Assembly: GCA_949297385.1 (NCBI GenBank)
Contig: CASFSP010000038.1
Coordinates: forward strand, 1,308-65,307
Length of the DNA stretch: 64,000 nt
Reading direction: 5' to 3'
Origin: an uncultured Oscillospiraceae bacterium
GTDB taxonomy: Bacteria; Bacillota; Clostridia; Oscillospirales; Ruminococcaceae
A program made the translations under genes and the position numbers. How positions within the stretch are numbered: position 1 is the stretch's first letter; every line of letters begins with the position of its first letter. This document shows, piece by piece, positions 28,816 to 38,438 of this stretch. The notes beneath the pieces were generated by a model that made no database searches, had not been told where the DNA came from, and saw only the letters and a list, made by a program, of their open reading frames with translations.

Positions 28816-30366
28816 TTGAAAATAAACAGCTTTTTTAACAGGCGGGCAACAGGCATTTTCTGCCTTCTTTTTTCATTTATATTTCTGGCAGTCTGGCTGA
28901 ACAATACGATTTTCCGGTATAGCCCCGGGGTACAAGGCGCTGTTATGCTGATCTTTGCCGCTGCTGTGGCTGCGTCGCTGGCGGTTTACACCCGTTTCCG
29001 TGACTTTTTTATAAGCAAACGATATTTTATACTGGCAGTGGCTGTGATTTTCTTTTTCCTTGTTCAGCTGACAATAGGACTGAACACCATTGCCAATCCC
29101 ATGTATGACCACGGCAAAGTGTTTTATGCCGCCGTTAACTGGGCAACGGGCAATACCGGCCGGGAATTTGCAGTATACGACGAATATCTGCATCACTATC
29201 CGCAGCAGATGGGTCAATTTCTTGTTCTCCGGTCTGTCTTTAAGCTGTGCCTGTTTTTCGGTATCGACAGCTTCTATGTTGCCGCCTGTGTCGTGGGACA
29301 TTTACTGTTTGCGGTTATGATTGTGTGCGCTTTTTTATACCTTGAAAGAGTTTGCAGCAGCGACTGTGCATTGTTTATGCTTCTACTGCGGGCAATGTTT
29401 CTGCCCATGTATTTTCAAAGCAGTGTTTCCTATACTGACACATACTCTGTCTGGTCAATTCCCTGTACGCTGCTGCTGGCAGACCTGGCTGTGAAAAGCG
29501 ACAGGATACGGGCAAAAATTATGTACAGCCTGCTGCGGGGAGGCCTTCTGGCTGTGGGCGTACGGATAAAGGTGACCGTTGCCATTGTGGCGCTGGCGCT
29601 GATTATACAATACCGGCTGAACGCAGCCAAAAAGCAAAACCTGATGCGGCTGGCACGGGCAGTTCTTGCCTTTGTTCTGGTATCGGCGGCTTTTGATAAG
29701 CGGAGCTATGCCACAGTATTGCAGCACGAACGCGACGGTGAGGGTATGCCTGTCACCCATTGGATAATGATGGGCTTGCAGGGGGACGGCTCTTACAGCC
29801 GGTATGATGAATGGGATATAACCTGCTCGGTTCCCCCTGATATGCGTGTAGAAAAAAATATACAGGTGATAAAGGAACGACTGAACGAAATGGGAGCCGG
29901 CGGATACCGGCAGCTTCTGTACCGCAAAACCTGCCGCACCTTTGGCAGCGGCACCGGGGAAATGTATTACAATTATCAGTATCAGGACAATTCACCTGTG
30001 GCAGGATGGGTATATGAAATCGTTTTTCAGCAGGGTAAATACTTTTCGCTGTTCAACAACCTGTCCCAGGGGATGTATCTTTTTATGATGTTTCTTTCCG
30101 TGGCAGGCGCAGCGATTGTTTTGAAACAAAATAATCCGCTGTCTGCATGCTTTGCGCCATACCTTTCGCTGGTGGGATTCTGGATGTTTATGATGCTGTG
30201 GGAGTCCAACCACAGGCAGCTGATAAATCAATGGAGCCTGTTTTTTATCTGCGGGCGGACAGGGCTGTATCTGATATGGCAGACGATATATAAAAAGGTA
30301 CGCGGCCGTCAACGGCAAAAGCAGGAAGAAAATAAGGTCCGGCAACGGGCGGGATCCGTTTTATGA
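28816..30366 (+). CDS. 516-aa polytopic membrane protein, possible GT-C (ArnT/PMT_2-like) glycosyltransferase
   Basis: TTG start with RBS AAAAGGA. About 12 hydrophobic helices. An early loop YDHGKVFYAAVNW..YDEYLHHYPQQ. Function is inferred only. Confidence 0.4.
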   Translation: MKINSFFNRRATGIFCLLFSFIFLAVWLNNTIFRYSPGVQGAVMLIFAAAVAASLAVYTRFRDFFISKRYFILAVAVIFFFLVQLTIGLNTIANPMYDHGKVFYAAVNWATGNTGREFAVYDEYLHHYPQQMGQFLVLRSVFKLCLFFGIDSFYVAACVVGHLLFAVMIVCAFLYLERVCSSDCALFMLLLRAMFLPMYFQSSVSYTDTYSVWSIPCTLLLADLAVKSDRIRAKIMYSLLRGGLLAVGVRIKVTVAIVALALIIQYRLNAAKKQNLMRLARAVLAFVLVSAAFDKRSYATVLQHERDGEGMPVTHWIMMGLQGDGSYSRYDEWDITCSVPPDMRVEKNIQVIKERLNEMGAGGYRQLLYRKTCRTFGSGTGEMYYNYQYQDNSPVAGWVYEIVFQQGKYFSLFNNLSQGMYLFMMFLSVAGAAIVLKQNNPLSACFAPYLSLVGFWMFMMLWESNHRQLINQWSLFFICGRTGLYLIWQTIYKKVRGRQRQKQEENKVRQRAGSVL

Positions 30367-31031
30367 AAACAAAAATAAATATATGTTTTATAACAGCCGC
30401 CGGCTGCCTGGCCATGGCTTTTATCGACGGAATATGGCAGCCGGGATACCGGATAAAGTCAGCTTTTAAAATGCTGTTTTTTGCTTTTCTGCCTATTGTT
30501 TACAGCGCCATGGACAAGCAGTGTGGCATAAGAAAAGTTTTCGGCTTTCACAGAAAAGGGCTGAAAATTGCGGCAATATTGGCTGTCAGTGTGTATATAC
30601 TGATAATATCGGCATATTTTATCGGCCAAAGGTTTATAGACTTTTCCGCAGTGGCCGGGGCTTTGGAAAAAAGCCAGGGTGTGAATAAATCCAATTTTAT
30701 CATCACCCGGATTTACATATCATTTATAAACAGTCTGCTGGAAGAATTTTTCTTCCGTGGTTTTGCGTATCTGTGCCTGAAACAGACCGCAGGCAGAAAT
30801 TTTGCCTTTGTTTTTTCCGCTTTGTGCTTTTCACTGTATCACATAGCCATACTGGACGGCTGGTTTTCGTTACCTGTGACGGCGCTGACGATAGCGGCCC
30901 TGGCAGCCGGCGGAGGTATGTTTAATCTTATCAACGAAAAGACCGGCGGAATATACGCCTCCTGGCTGGTACATGCGGCGGCAAACTTCGGTATAAACAC
31001 CGCAGGACTGTTTGTACTGGGCATAATCTGA
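30363..31031 (+). CDS. CPBP family intramembrane glutamic endopeptidase (CAAX/Abi)
   Basis: Motifs EEFFFRG, FSLYH and HAAANF. ATGA overlap with the upstream gene. Confidence 0.85.
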   Translation: MKTKINICFITAAGCLAMAFIDGIWQPGYRIKSAFKMLFFAFLPIVYSAMDKQCGIRKVFGFHRKGLKIAAILAVSVYILIISAYFIGQRFIDFSAVAGALEKSQGVNKSNFIITRIYISFINSLLEEFFFRGFAYLCLKQTAGRNFAFVFSALCFSLYHIAILDGWFSLPVTALTIAALAAGGGMFNLINEKTGGIYASWLVHAAANFGINTAGLFVLGII

Positions 31032-31051
31032 AAAAGCATACAATATAAATC

Positions 31052-31080
31052 AAAAGGACGGGGATTACCCGTCCTTTTAT
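31052..31080. terminator. Bidirectional rho-independent terminator
   Basis: Stem GGACGGG/CCCGTCC, flanked by an A-run and a T-run. Confidence 0.7.
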
Positions 31081-31092
31081 ATTATGTATATT

Positions 31093-31632
31093 TTATTTAT
31101 TTTTCAGCAGCCACGCCGCCTTTAATATGGCTGTCAGGGTTTTGCCGTCGGTTATACTGCCGTCCATACACATATTCCATGCCATTTCCAGCGGATATTT
31201 TTCAAGGGATATAAATTCATCCTCATCCGGGTGAATTTCTCCCTTTGTCAGGCCGGCGGCCATGTATATGTGTATTACCTCATCGCAAAAACCCACCGTC
31301 GGCCACATCTGGCCCAGACTGAAATAATGGGCGGCGGAAAAGCCTGTTTCTTCCGCCAGTTCTCTTTTGGCGGCTGCCAGCGGGTCTTCACCTTTTTCCA
31401 GCTTACCTGCCGGTATTTCCAGCACTGTGCGTCCAAAAGGTGCGCGGAACTGGCGTATAAGATACACATTGTTATCTTCGTCCACCGGCAGTACCGCGGC
31501 ACCGCCTGGATGAAGCACCAGCTCCCTTGACCGCTGCCGGCCGTTTTCCAGCTGTACCTGTCTTTGTTTTACTGTTATTATCCTGCCGGTAAATATGGTA
31601 TTTTCCGACAGGGTTTTTTCGGTATGTTCCAT
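31093..31632 (-). CDS. NUDIX hydrolase (ADP-ribose pyrophosphatase-like)
   Basis: Nudix box GKLEKGEDPLAAAKRELAEETG. Confidence 0.85.
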   Translation of the reverse strand: MEHTEKTLSENTIFTGRIITVKQRQVQLENGRQRSRELVLHPGGAAVLPVDEDNNVYLIRQFRAPFGRTVLEIPAGKLEKGEDPLAAAKRELAEETGFSAAHYFSLGQMWPTVGFCDEVIHIYMAAGLTKGEIHPDEDEFISLEKYPLEMAWNMCMDGSITDGKTLTAILKAAWLLKNK

Positions 31633-31642
31633 ATCTTCTCCT

Positions 31643-32719
31643 TTATTTTGTCATGCTGTCCACGCCGGCGCTGGCAAGATAGGCATCTACGCCGGAAGAT
31701 TTGTGTACGGTGCCGTCAATCTCCACCAGTATGCACTCGGCACCATCTATGCTTTCCACCAGCTCCATGGCCTGCTGCGGTGTGCTTAAAAATGTGGTGG
31801 TGGAAAGGGCGTCGGCCACGCCGCTGTCCTCATAAAAAATAGACACACCCCGGTAAACCTCCTCCGGATACAGTGTAACCGGGTCTATAACATGGTGATA
31901 TCTTTTACCGTCCAGCACAAAAAATCTTTCGTAGCCGCCGGAACACACCAGCGACATATCTGTGTTGAAATATGCGGTGTCCAGATTTCCGCCTATTTTG
32001 TCAAAATTTTCGTCCACCATTGGGTTTTCTATTCCTATTCCCCAGCGCTCGCGGCCGTCCCGGGGATGTCCGTGGGTTTTCACATTGCCCCCGGCGGAAA
32101 TGGCAAAATTGTCATACTTTTCCCGAAGCTCGTCGCATATCATTTCAGTGGCGTAGCCTTTTGCCACTGCTCCCACATCCAGCTGAACATTGCTGTCAGT
32201 TATATACACCGTCATGTTTTCACGGTCAATCTGCACCCGGTTTATATCTGTATGCTCGGCCTTTTGGCGCAGCAGATCCATATCCGGCAGGGTGGTGGTG
32301 CCTGTGGCGGAAAATTCCTCGCGCACATCATGCCAGACCCTCAGCACACTGCCCATGGCCACATTCAGCTTGCCGCCGGATTTTTCATACCATTCTTTTG
32401 AAAATTCCAGCAGGTCTATTATCTCCCGGCTTACCTGTACCGGGCTGATACCGGCATTGTCGTTTACGGTTTTCAGGTTGTTTATGCCGTCATAGTCGTT
32501 GTATATATCATACAGGCTGTTGAAATAATCATATCTTTCCTTTACAAACTCCGCCATCCGGTCAAATTCCTCCTGGCTTTCCTGATAGCTGACCAGGCTG
32601 ATAACGGTATCAAAGCCGAATATTATCGTGGAATATTTTTGTTTTTCCCGTTTTTGGCACCCTGTCAGCACAGACAGGCACACACACAGAGATAAAACTA
32701 TCCGCAAAAATCTTTTCAT
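31643..32719 (-). CDS. apbE: FAD:protein FMN transferase (ApbE) lipoprotein
   Basis: Start trimmed to ATG 32719 (MKRFLRIVLSLCVCLSVLTGC, with a lipobox). ApbE-like core ...DVGAVAKGYA... Confidence 0.85.
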   Translation of the reverse strand: MKRFLRIVLSLCVCLSVLTGCQKREKQKYSTIIFGFDTVISLVSYQESQEEFDRMAEFVKERYDYFNSLYDIYNDYDGINNLKTVNDNAGISPVQVSREIIDLLEFSKEWYEKSGGKLNVAMGSVLRVWHDVREEFSATGTTTLPDMDLLRQKAEHTDINRVQIDRENMTVYITDSNVQLDVGAVAKGYATEMICDELREKYDNFAISAGGNVKTHGHPRDGRERWGIGIENPMVDENFDKIGGNLDTAYFNTDMSLVCSGGYERFFVLDGKRYHHVIDPVTLYPEEVYRGVSIFYEDSGVADALSTTTFLSTPQQAMELVESIDGAECILVEIDGTVHKSSGVDAYLASAGVDSMTK

Positions 32720-32916
32720 CTGTATCTCCCTTAACTTTTTTAACTTGTATATTATATCACATACTGCCGGCCATTTAAACATGAATATGGTTACAACATT
32801 TGTAATCAACTTTTATAAAAAACAAATGTTTTTGGTAAGCAAACATATTGCAGTTTTATTTTTATAGGTGTATAATGAAGCTATCAATAACCGTATCTTA
32901 CAAAAGGAGTAAAATT

Positions 32917-34221
32917 ATGGACAAACAACTGTTGAAACAAAAAGTCTGCCGGGCCATTGACGCAAACAAAGACAAAATATGCGAAATAGGCCTGTCAATT
33001 TACAAAAATCCCCAGCTGGGCTATAAAGAAACCTTTGCCAGCGATGTTGTGCAGAAAACCTTTGGCGAACTGGGACTTAAATATGAAAGCGGTCTGGGTA
33101 TCACCGGTGTAAAAGCCAAGCTGAAAGACGGCGCAGAAGGACCCAATGTATGTATCATGGGCGAACTGGACGCTGTTGTATGTCCTGACCATCCTGATGC
33201 AGCCCCCGACACAGGTGCAGCCCACTGCTGCGGCCACTTTGGCCAGATCACATCCATGCTGGCCAGCGCCATAGGCCTGAGCGCCGTAAAAGACGAAATC
33301 AGCGGCGGCAATGTAACCTTCCTGGCTGTTCCGGCAGAAGAATGTGTTGAGCTGGAATACCGCGAAGGCCTGATAAAAGAAGGTAAAATCAAATATCTGG
33401 GCGGCAAGCAGGAGCTTATCCACCTGGGCGTTTATGACGACATAGACATGGCCATGATGGTTCACGGCAACAATGCGGACAAAGAAATAACCGCTGCCAA
33501 CAGAAATGTAGGCTTTATCGCAAAAAATGTAAAATTCATCGGCAAGGAGGCTCATGCCGGCGGATCTCCCTGGAACGGTGTCAATGCGCTGAACGCTGCT
33601 GCACTGGCTTTGATGGCAATCAACTCCATAAGAGAGACACTGAAAGATCAGGACTGCATCAGAATACATCCGATAATCACAAAGGGCGGTACACTGGTAA
33701 ACATTGTCCCCAATGATGTAAGAATGGAAATGTATGTACGCGGCGCTACAATCGAAGCCATAAAAGACGCCAACATGAAGGTAAACCGTGCGATAAAAGG
33801 TGCGGCCTATGCTATCGGCTGTGAAGTGGAAATATCTGACCTGCCTGGATATCTGCCCGTTGCAGACAACCTGGAACTGGCACATGTATTCGGTGACAAC
33901 GCCAAAGAACTGTACCCCGACAACGAGATTATATACAACACCGAAGTTGAAGGCGGTTCTTCCGATGTAGGTGATGTTATGACCGTTATGCCCTGTGTAC
34001 AAGGCGGCGTAGGCGGTTTTGTAAACGGTTTCCACACCAAAGACTTCCGTCTGGACGACATGGAAAAAGCATTTATTGTTCCTGCAAAAATCATGGCTTG
34101 CAGCGTTATCGACCTGCTGGCTGACGACGGCGCCAAAGCAAAAGAAATCATGGCCAACTTCCACAGCCCGTACAACACCAAAAACTATGACGGTATCTGG
34201 GAAGATATCATGAGCGTATAA
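32917..34221 (+). CDS. M20 family metallopeptidase/amidohydrolase
   Basis: Start trimmed to ATG 32917 (RBS AAAGGAG). Motifs MGELDAV, HCCGH and typical dimerisation-domain spacing. Confidence 0.65.
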   Translation: MDKQLLKQKVCRAIDANKDKICEIGLSIYKNPQLGYKETFASDVVQKTFGELGLKYESGLGITGVKAKLKDGAEGPNVCIMGELDAVVCPDHPDAAPDTGAAHCCGHFGQITSMLASAIGLSAVKDEISGGNVTFLAVPAEECVELEYREGLIKEGKIKYLGGKQELIHLGVYDDIDMAMMVHGNNADKEITAANRNVGFIAKNVKFIGKEAHAGGSPWNGVNALNAAALALMAINSIRETLKDQDCIRIHPIITKGGTLVNIVPNDVRMEMYVRGATIEAIKDANMKVNRAIKGAAYAIGCEVEISDLPGYLPVADNLELAHVFGDNAKELYPDNEIIYNTEVEGGSSDVGDVMTVMPCVQGGVGGFVNGFHTKDFRLDDMEKAFIVPAKIMACSVIDLLADDGAKAKEIMANFHSPYNTKNYDGIWEDIMSV

Positions 34222-34236
34222 TTCATATAAAAATTC

Positions 34237-34266
34237 AGGCGGAGGTAACCCTCCGCCTTTTTATTT
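34237..34266. terminator. Bidirectional rho-independent terminator
   Basis: Stem AGGCGGAGG/CCTCCGCCT followed by TTTTTATTTTT. Confidence 0.8.
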
Positions 34267-34671
34267 TTACCGTGAAAGGCCAAAGTATACTTTGCCCAGG
34301 TTTTTCAGTGCCCTGTCTTTTACACGGTATATCTGGCTGCGCTCTATACCCAGCTCGTCGGCCAGCCGGTCTATATAGTCCGACGGTCTGTCTATATAAA
34401 AATACCACAGCACCGTTTTTTCCCTGTATTCAAGCGTGTCCAGACATATATCCATGCTTTTCTGCCGCCGCCGGTTAAACCGGTAGGCTTCTTCCAGCCT
34501 TTTTATTGACCGCAATCTTTCTTCTGTCTGTCTTTCGCTTTCCAGCGCTCCTTCGCTTTTCCGAAGCACCGCCCGCTTTTTTAACCGTTCTATCTGCTCC
34601 TTTAACACCGGCTGTACTTTCCTGCGTTGAGAATATTCTTTCAGTTGTTTCAAAATGATTTCTTTGTTCAT
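34267..34671 (-). CDS. 134-aa sigma-70 region-4-like HTH protein (phage late-regulator/DUF1492-like flavour)
   Basis: Start trimmed to ATG 34671 (RBS GGAGGTG). Coiled-coil N-terminus. The C-terminus LADELGIERSQIYRVKDRALKNL resembles sigma region 4.2. Confidence 0.55.
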   Translation of the reverse strand: MNKEIILKQLKEYSQRRKVQPVLKEQIERLKKRAVLRKSEGALESERQTEERLRSIKRLEEAYRFNRRRQKSMDICLDTLEYREKTVLWYFYIDRPSDYIDRLADELGIERSQIYRVKDRALKNLGKVYFGLSR

Positions 34672-34685
34672 GGTGCACCTCCGAT

Positions 34686-34805
34686 TATCACGATTTGTGA
34701 TATAATTATATCTGCAACATCTGTTTTTGTCAACGGTTTTAACAACTATTAGTTGTATTTTCTGTGACTTTAACAATTTACTTTTTAATAATAAGATGTT
34801 ATAAT
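34686..34805. promoter_or_regulatory. Divergent promoter/operator region of the S24-repressor switch
   Basis: Minus strand: -35 TTGACA (34728-34733), 17-bp spacer, -10 TATAAT (34705-34710), followed by the dyad TATCAC-N5-GTGATA (34686-34702). Plus strand: -35 TTTACT (34777-34782) and extended -10 TGTTATAAT (34797-34805). A second dyad ACAACT-ATT-AGTTGT lies at 34742-34756. Confidence 0.7.
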
Positions 34806-34829
34806 CTTTAAAAGTGACGAGGTGTAAAA

Positions 34830-35435
34830 ATGAAAAATTTGGCTGCGCTGAGAAAGCGCCGCGGGCTGACACAGCTTCAGCTGGCAAAGATGATAGGTGT
34901 ATCCACCAGCACAGTGGCCATGTGGGAAACAGGACGGCGCAAGCCCGATTACCATATGATCGTCCGACTGTGCGAATTTTTTGCCGTCAGCTTTGAAGAG
35001 CTGCTGGGCGTGCAGGCTTTATACAGCGCCCCCAGGGAAGATGTGGCTGTGCCGCTGGTGGGAGAAGTGCGTGCAGGATTGCCGTCCCTGGCGGCGGAAA
35101 ATATAATCGGGTACGAAATGGTCAATGACGAACTGGCCAAAACCGGCGAGCTGTTTGCATTGAGGATAAAAGGGGACAGCATGGAACCAAAGATGAGCCG
35201 GGGAGATGTGGTACTGGTGCGAAAACAGGCCACGGCCGACAGCGGACAGACTGCTGTGGTGATGGTAGGCAAAGAGGAAGCCACCGTCAAAAAGGTGCTG
35301 ATAAACAGCGACGGCATCACACTGATACCCACAAATCCGGATTATATGCCCATGCATTACACCCCACAGGAATGCCGTGACCTGCCGGTGACGATAGTGG
35401 GCATAGTGATAGAGCTGAGATGCAGATATGTTTAA
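34830..35435 (+). CDS. CI/LexA-like self-cleaving repressor (XRE HTH plus peptidase S24)
   Basis: HTH RGLTQLQLAKMIGVSTSTVAMWETGRRKP. An Ala-Gly site in GEVRAGLP. Catalytic GDSMEP and a downstream Lys in ATVKKV. Confidence 0.85.
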   Translation: MKNLAALRKRRGLTQLQLAKMIGVSTSTVAMWETGRRKPDYHMIVRLCEFFAVSFEELLGVQALYSAPREDVAVPLVGEVRAGLPSLAAENIIGYEMVNDELAKTGELFALRIKGDSMEPKMSRGDVVLVRKQATADSGQTAVVMVGKEEATVKKVLINSDGITLIPTNPDYMPMHYTPQECRDLPVTIVGIVIELRCRYV

Positions 35436-35496
35436 GCGGATTTTCGACAAAAGTATAAAATCGGCTGTGATAAAATAATTTTATGGGAGAAAAAAT

Positions 35497-36408
35497 ATGC
35501 AGTGGACTGATTTGAAAATTATTACCGACAAAAAATACGAGGATATTTTTGATTTTGTATCCGCAGAAATATGCCCCGCCGGGGTGCAGATAGAAGATTA
35601 CAGTGACCTGGAGCGGCAGGTGGAGCGGATAGCCCATGTGGACCTGATCGAAGATGACCTGCTGAAAAAGGACCGCCGACAGATAATTGTACATCATTAC
35701 ATATCACCTGAACTGGATGCCCAGGCCGCACGCATGAACCTGGAAAACCGCCTGGATGAGCTGGGCGTGAAATACCGCTGTGAAGTGGACTATGTGAACC
35801 GGGAAGACTGGCAGAACGCATGGAAAAAATACTATCATCCGATGGAAATCGGCAGCCGTCTGGCTGTGTGCCCGTCCTGGGAAGACTACCGGACAGACAG
35901 GGTTGTAATGCGCCTGGATCCGGGTCTGGCCTTTGGCAGCGGTACTCATGAAACCACATATCTGTGCCTGGAAGCGTTGGACAGGTGGATAAAAGGCGGC
36001 GAAAGGGTGCTGGATGTAGGCACCGGCAGCGGAATACTGGCCATAGGGGCTGTTTTGCTGGGTGCAGAGTGCGCCGAAGGCGTGGATATTGACCCCACCG
36101 CGGTAAAAGTAGCCGCAGAAAACGCACAGCTTAACAATGTGTCGGACAAGTTTACAGTAAAGGTAGGCGACCTGGCTCAAACAGCCAGCGGCAAATACGA
36201 TGTGGTGACAGCCAACATTGTGGCCAACGCTGTAATGGCCTTGTCCAAAGATGTGCCGGCATTTCTGAAAAAAGGCGGAATATATATAACCAGCGGCATA
36301 ATCGACACCAGAAAAGACGAGGTTGTTGCCTGTCTTGAAGGCCTTGGCTTTGAGATTATAAAAATATATGAAAAGAACGGCTGGGTGTGCATAGTCGCCA
36401 CCCTGTAA
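35497..36408 (+). CDS. prmA: Ribosomal protein L11 methyltransferase
   Basis: SAM motif VLDVGTGSGILAI. Conserved position before rsmE. Confidence 0.92.
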   Translation: MQWTDLKIITDKKYEDIFDFVSAEICPAGVQIEDYSDLERQVERIAHVDLIEDDLLKKDRRQIIVHHYISPELDAQAARMNLENRLDELGVKYRCEVDYVNREDWQNAWKKYYHPMEIGSRLAVCPSWEDYRTDRVVMRLDPGLAFGSGTHETTYLCLEALDRWIKGGERVLDVGTGSGILAIGAVLLGAECAEGVDIDPTAVKVAAENAQLNNVSDKFTVKVGDLAQTASGKYDVVTANIVANAVMALSKDVPAFLKKGGIYITSGIIDTRKDEVVACLEGLGFEIIKIYEKNGWVCIVATL

Positions 36409-36417
36409 GGATTTGAT

Positions 36418-37143
36418 ATGGCACACAGATATTTTATCAGCCGGCTGCACGGCGATGAAGCGCTGATAACCGGCCCGGAAGCACAGCATATAATCAAAGT
36501 AATGCGCCTGGGCCCCGGCGATATGCTGACTTTGTCCAACAAGGACGGCTTTGATTACACCGCCCGGATAACGGCGGCAGAAGGCGGACAGGTGACCTGC
36601 CGTGTGATTTCAAAAGAAAAGAATCCGGCAGACCCGGAAAGGAAGCTGACAGTTTTTATGGCCCTGCCAAAAAGCGACAAGCTGGAATTTATAACACAGA
36701 AAATGTGCGAACTGGGTGCAGTGCGCCTGATTCCTTTTGTCAGTGAATACTGCGTGGCACAGAAAAGCAAAAAGGATGAGAACAAAACCGCACGACTGCA
36801 AAAAATTTCTGACGAAGCATGCAAGCAATGCGCCCGCTCGACCCCCATGGAAGTAAGCCCCACCATGACTATGGCTCAGATTCTGCCCATTCTGAAAGAG
36901 TTTGACAAGGTGCTTCTGTTTTATGAAAAAGGCAGTGAAAAGCTGTCAGAGATAAATTTTGACGGCTGTGAAAATACAGCTGTAATTATAGGCAGTGAAG
37001 GTGGGTTTAGCCCCCGGGAAGCGGAAAAGATGCAGCAGGCCGGGGCAGCCAGCCTTTTGCTGGGGCAACGAATACTCAGGTGCGAGACTGCGGCGGTGAC
37101 AGCCGCCGCGCTGACTATGTTTTGTCTGGGAGAAATGGAGTGA
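36418..37143 (+). CDS. rsmE: 16S rRNA (uracil1498-N3)-methyltransferase
   Basis: MAHRYFI... N-terminus, a PUA-like domain, and a SPOUT C-terminus (GSEGGFS). Confidence 0.9.
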   Translation: MAHRYFISRLHGDEALITGPEAQHIIKVMRLGPGDMLTLSNKDGFDYTARITAAEGGQVTCRVISKEKNPADPERKLTVFMALPKSDKLEFITQKMCELGAVRLIPFVSEYCVAQKSKKDENKTARLQKISDEACKQCARSTPMEVSPTMTMAQILPILKEFDKVLLFYEKGSEKLSEINFDGCENTAVIIGSEGGFSPREAEKMQQAGAASLLLGQRILRCETAAVTAAALTMFCLGEME

Positions 37144-37149
37144 TTTTAT

Positions 37150-37980
37150 ATGGCAAACAAAGAAAATCCCAATACATATAAAAAGAAGGCTAATGCAAAG
37201 AGAAGGAAAAAACGCCTGTTTTACAAAAGGCTGAGACTGCTGGCTGTTATAGCTGTGCTGGCAGTTGTGCTGACATTGGCGGTAAAAGCAGTTGTGGGCA
37301 AAAAGGATGACAGCTCTTCATCCTCTTCATATTCTTCAGCTTCTGTGCCGTCATCTCAAAACAGCACTGCACCCTCTTCATCTGCCGCAGTTGACAACAA
37401 ACCGGACAAGGGAGAATTTGCCACACTGGTAAATGTCCACCACCCGCTGGAGGACGATTTTGATGTGACCACCAGAGAAATAAAGGGAACCGGAAAACTG
37501 TTTGATGTGCGCGCAGCTGACCGGCTGGAAAAAATGCTGGATGATGCCGCACGGGCAGGATACCCGATGTACCTGGTATCCACATACCGCACCATAGAAT
37601 ATCAGAAAGGCCTGTACAACAACAAGGTAAATGAATATCTGAATATGGGCTATGACCAGCGGACAGCCGAAAGCGAAGCGGCCAAATGGGTGGCCATCCC
37701 CGGCACCAGCGAACACAATCTGGGCCTGGCGGCGGATATTGTTTCCTCCACCTGGTACAACAGCAACAGCGATCTGACCCAGGACTTTGAAGAAACCGAA
37801 CATTTCAAATGGCTGTACGAAAACTGTGCTGATTACGGATTTATACTGCGTTTCCCCAAGGGAAAAGAAAGCATAACAGAAATAGCATACGAACCATGGC
37901 ACTACCGCTATGTAGGTCAGGAAGTGGCTCATTATATTATGGAAAATGAAATTACACTGGAAGAATTCTGGGAGGAATAA
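37150..37980 (+). CDS. Membrane-anchored D-alanyl-D-alanine carboxypeptidase, VanY/M15B family
   Basis: TM anchor and Ser-rich linker. Zinc ligand motifs SEHNLGLAAD and EPWHYRYVG. Confidence 0.85.
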   Translation: MANKENPNTYKKKANAKRRKKRLFYKRLRLLAVIAVLAVVLTLAVKAVVGKKDDSSSSSSYSSASVPSSQNSTAPSSSAAVDNKPDKGEFATLVNVHHPLEDDFDVTTREIKGTGKLFDVRAADRLEKMLDDAARAGYPMYLVSTYRTIEYQKGLYNNKVNEYLNMGYDQRTAESEAAKWVAIPGTSEHNLGLAADIVSSTWYNSNSDLTQDFEETEHFKWLYENCADYGFILRFPKGKESITEIAYEPWHYRYVGQEVAHYIMENEITLEEFWEE

Positions 37981-37983
37981 AAA

Positions 37984-38253
37984 ATGGAAGAACTTGATTT
38001 GCAACAGATACGCCGGCAGATAAATGATATAAATGACCGGATGCTGAAACTGTTTGTAAAAAGGATGGAGCTGTCAGCCAAAGTGGCCGCTTACAAAAAG
38101 GCACATGATATGCCCACGCTGGACAGAAAAAGGGAAGAGGACATCCTGCAAAGGGTGGCCGACTGCACCGAAGACGAATACAGGCAGTATGCGCTGGAAT
38201 TTTTCCGATATATGATGGACATAAGCAAAGAATATCAGGAAACCATAAAATGA
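37984..38253 (+). CDS. Chorismate mutase (AroQ class, monofunctional)
   Basis: 89 aa. IRRQINDINDRMLKLFVKRMELSAKVAAYK is a typical AroQ helix. Confidence 0.8.
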   Translation: MEELDLQQIRRQINDINDRMLKLFVKRMELSAKVAAYKKAHDMPTLDRKREEDILQRVADCTEDEYRQYALEFFRYMMDISKEYQETIK

Positions 38254-38438
38254 TAATTTAAGGGAGGGAAATACATAGTATTCAGCAATATCAGGATGAG
38301 ATTGCCGCCTTTATGCAATTCTGATTTTTATATATCCAAATAAAACCGACTGAAAACAGCAGGCAGCCGGCAAAGGCCAAAGCTGCTTTGCATGATAAAC
38401 AGAATTTTTGAAATTAAAAGTATAAAGGAGAAAAATAT

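Noticed and set aside
38254-38438. A possible SAM/SAH-type riboswitch upstream of mtnN.
   Set aside because: I found no SAM-I, SAM-II or SAH conserved core elements. The region holds only an imperfect hairpin that probably terminates the chorismate mutase transcript, plus an AT-rich promoter.
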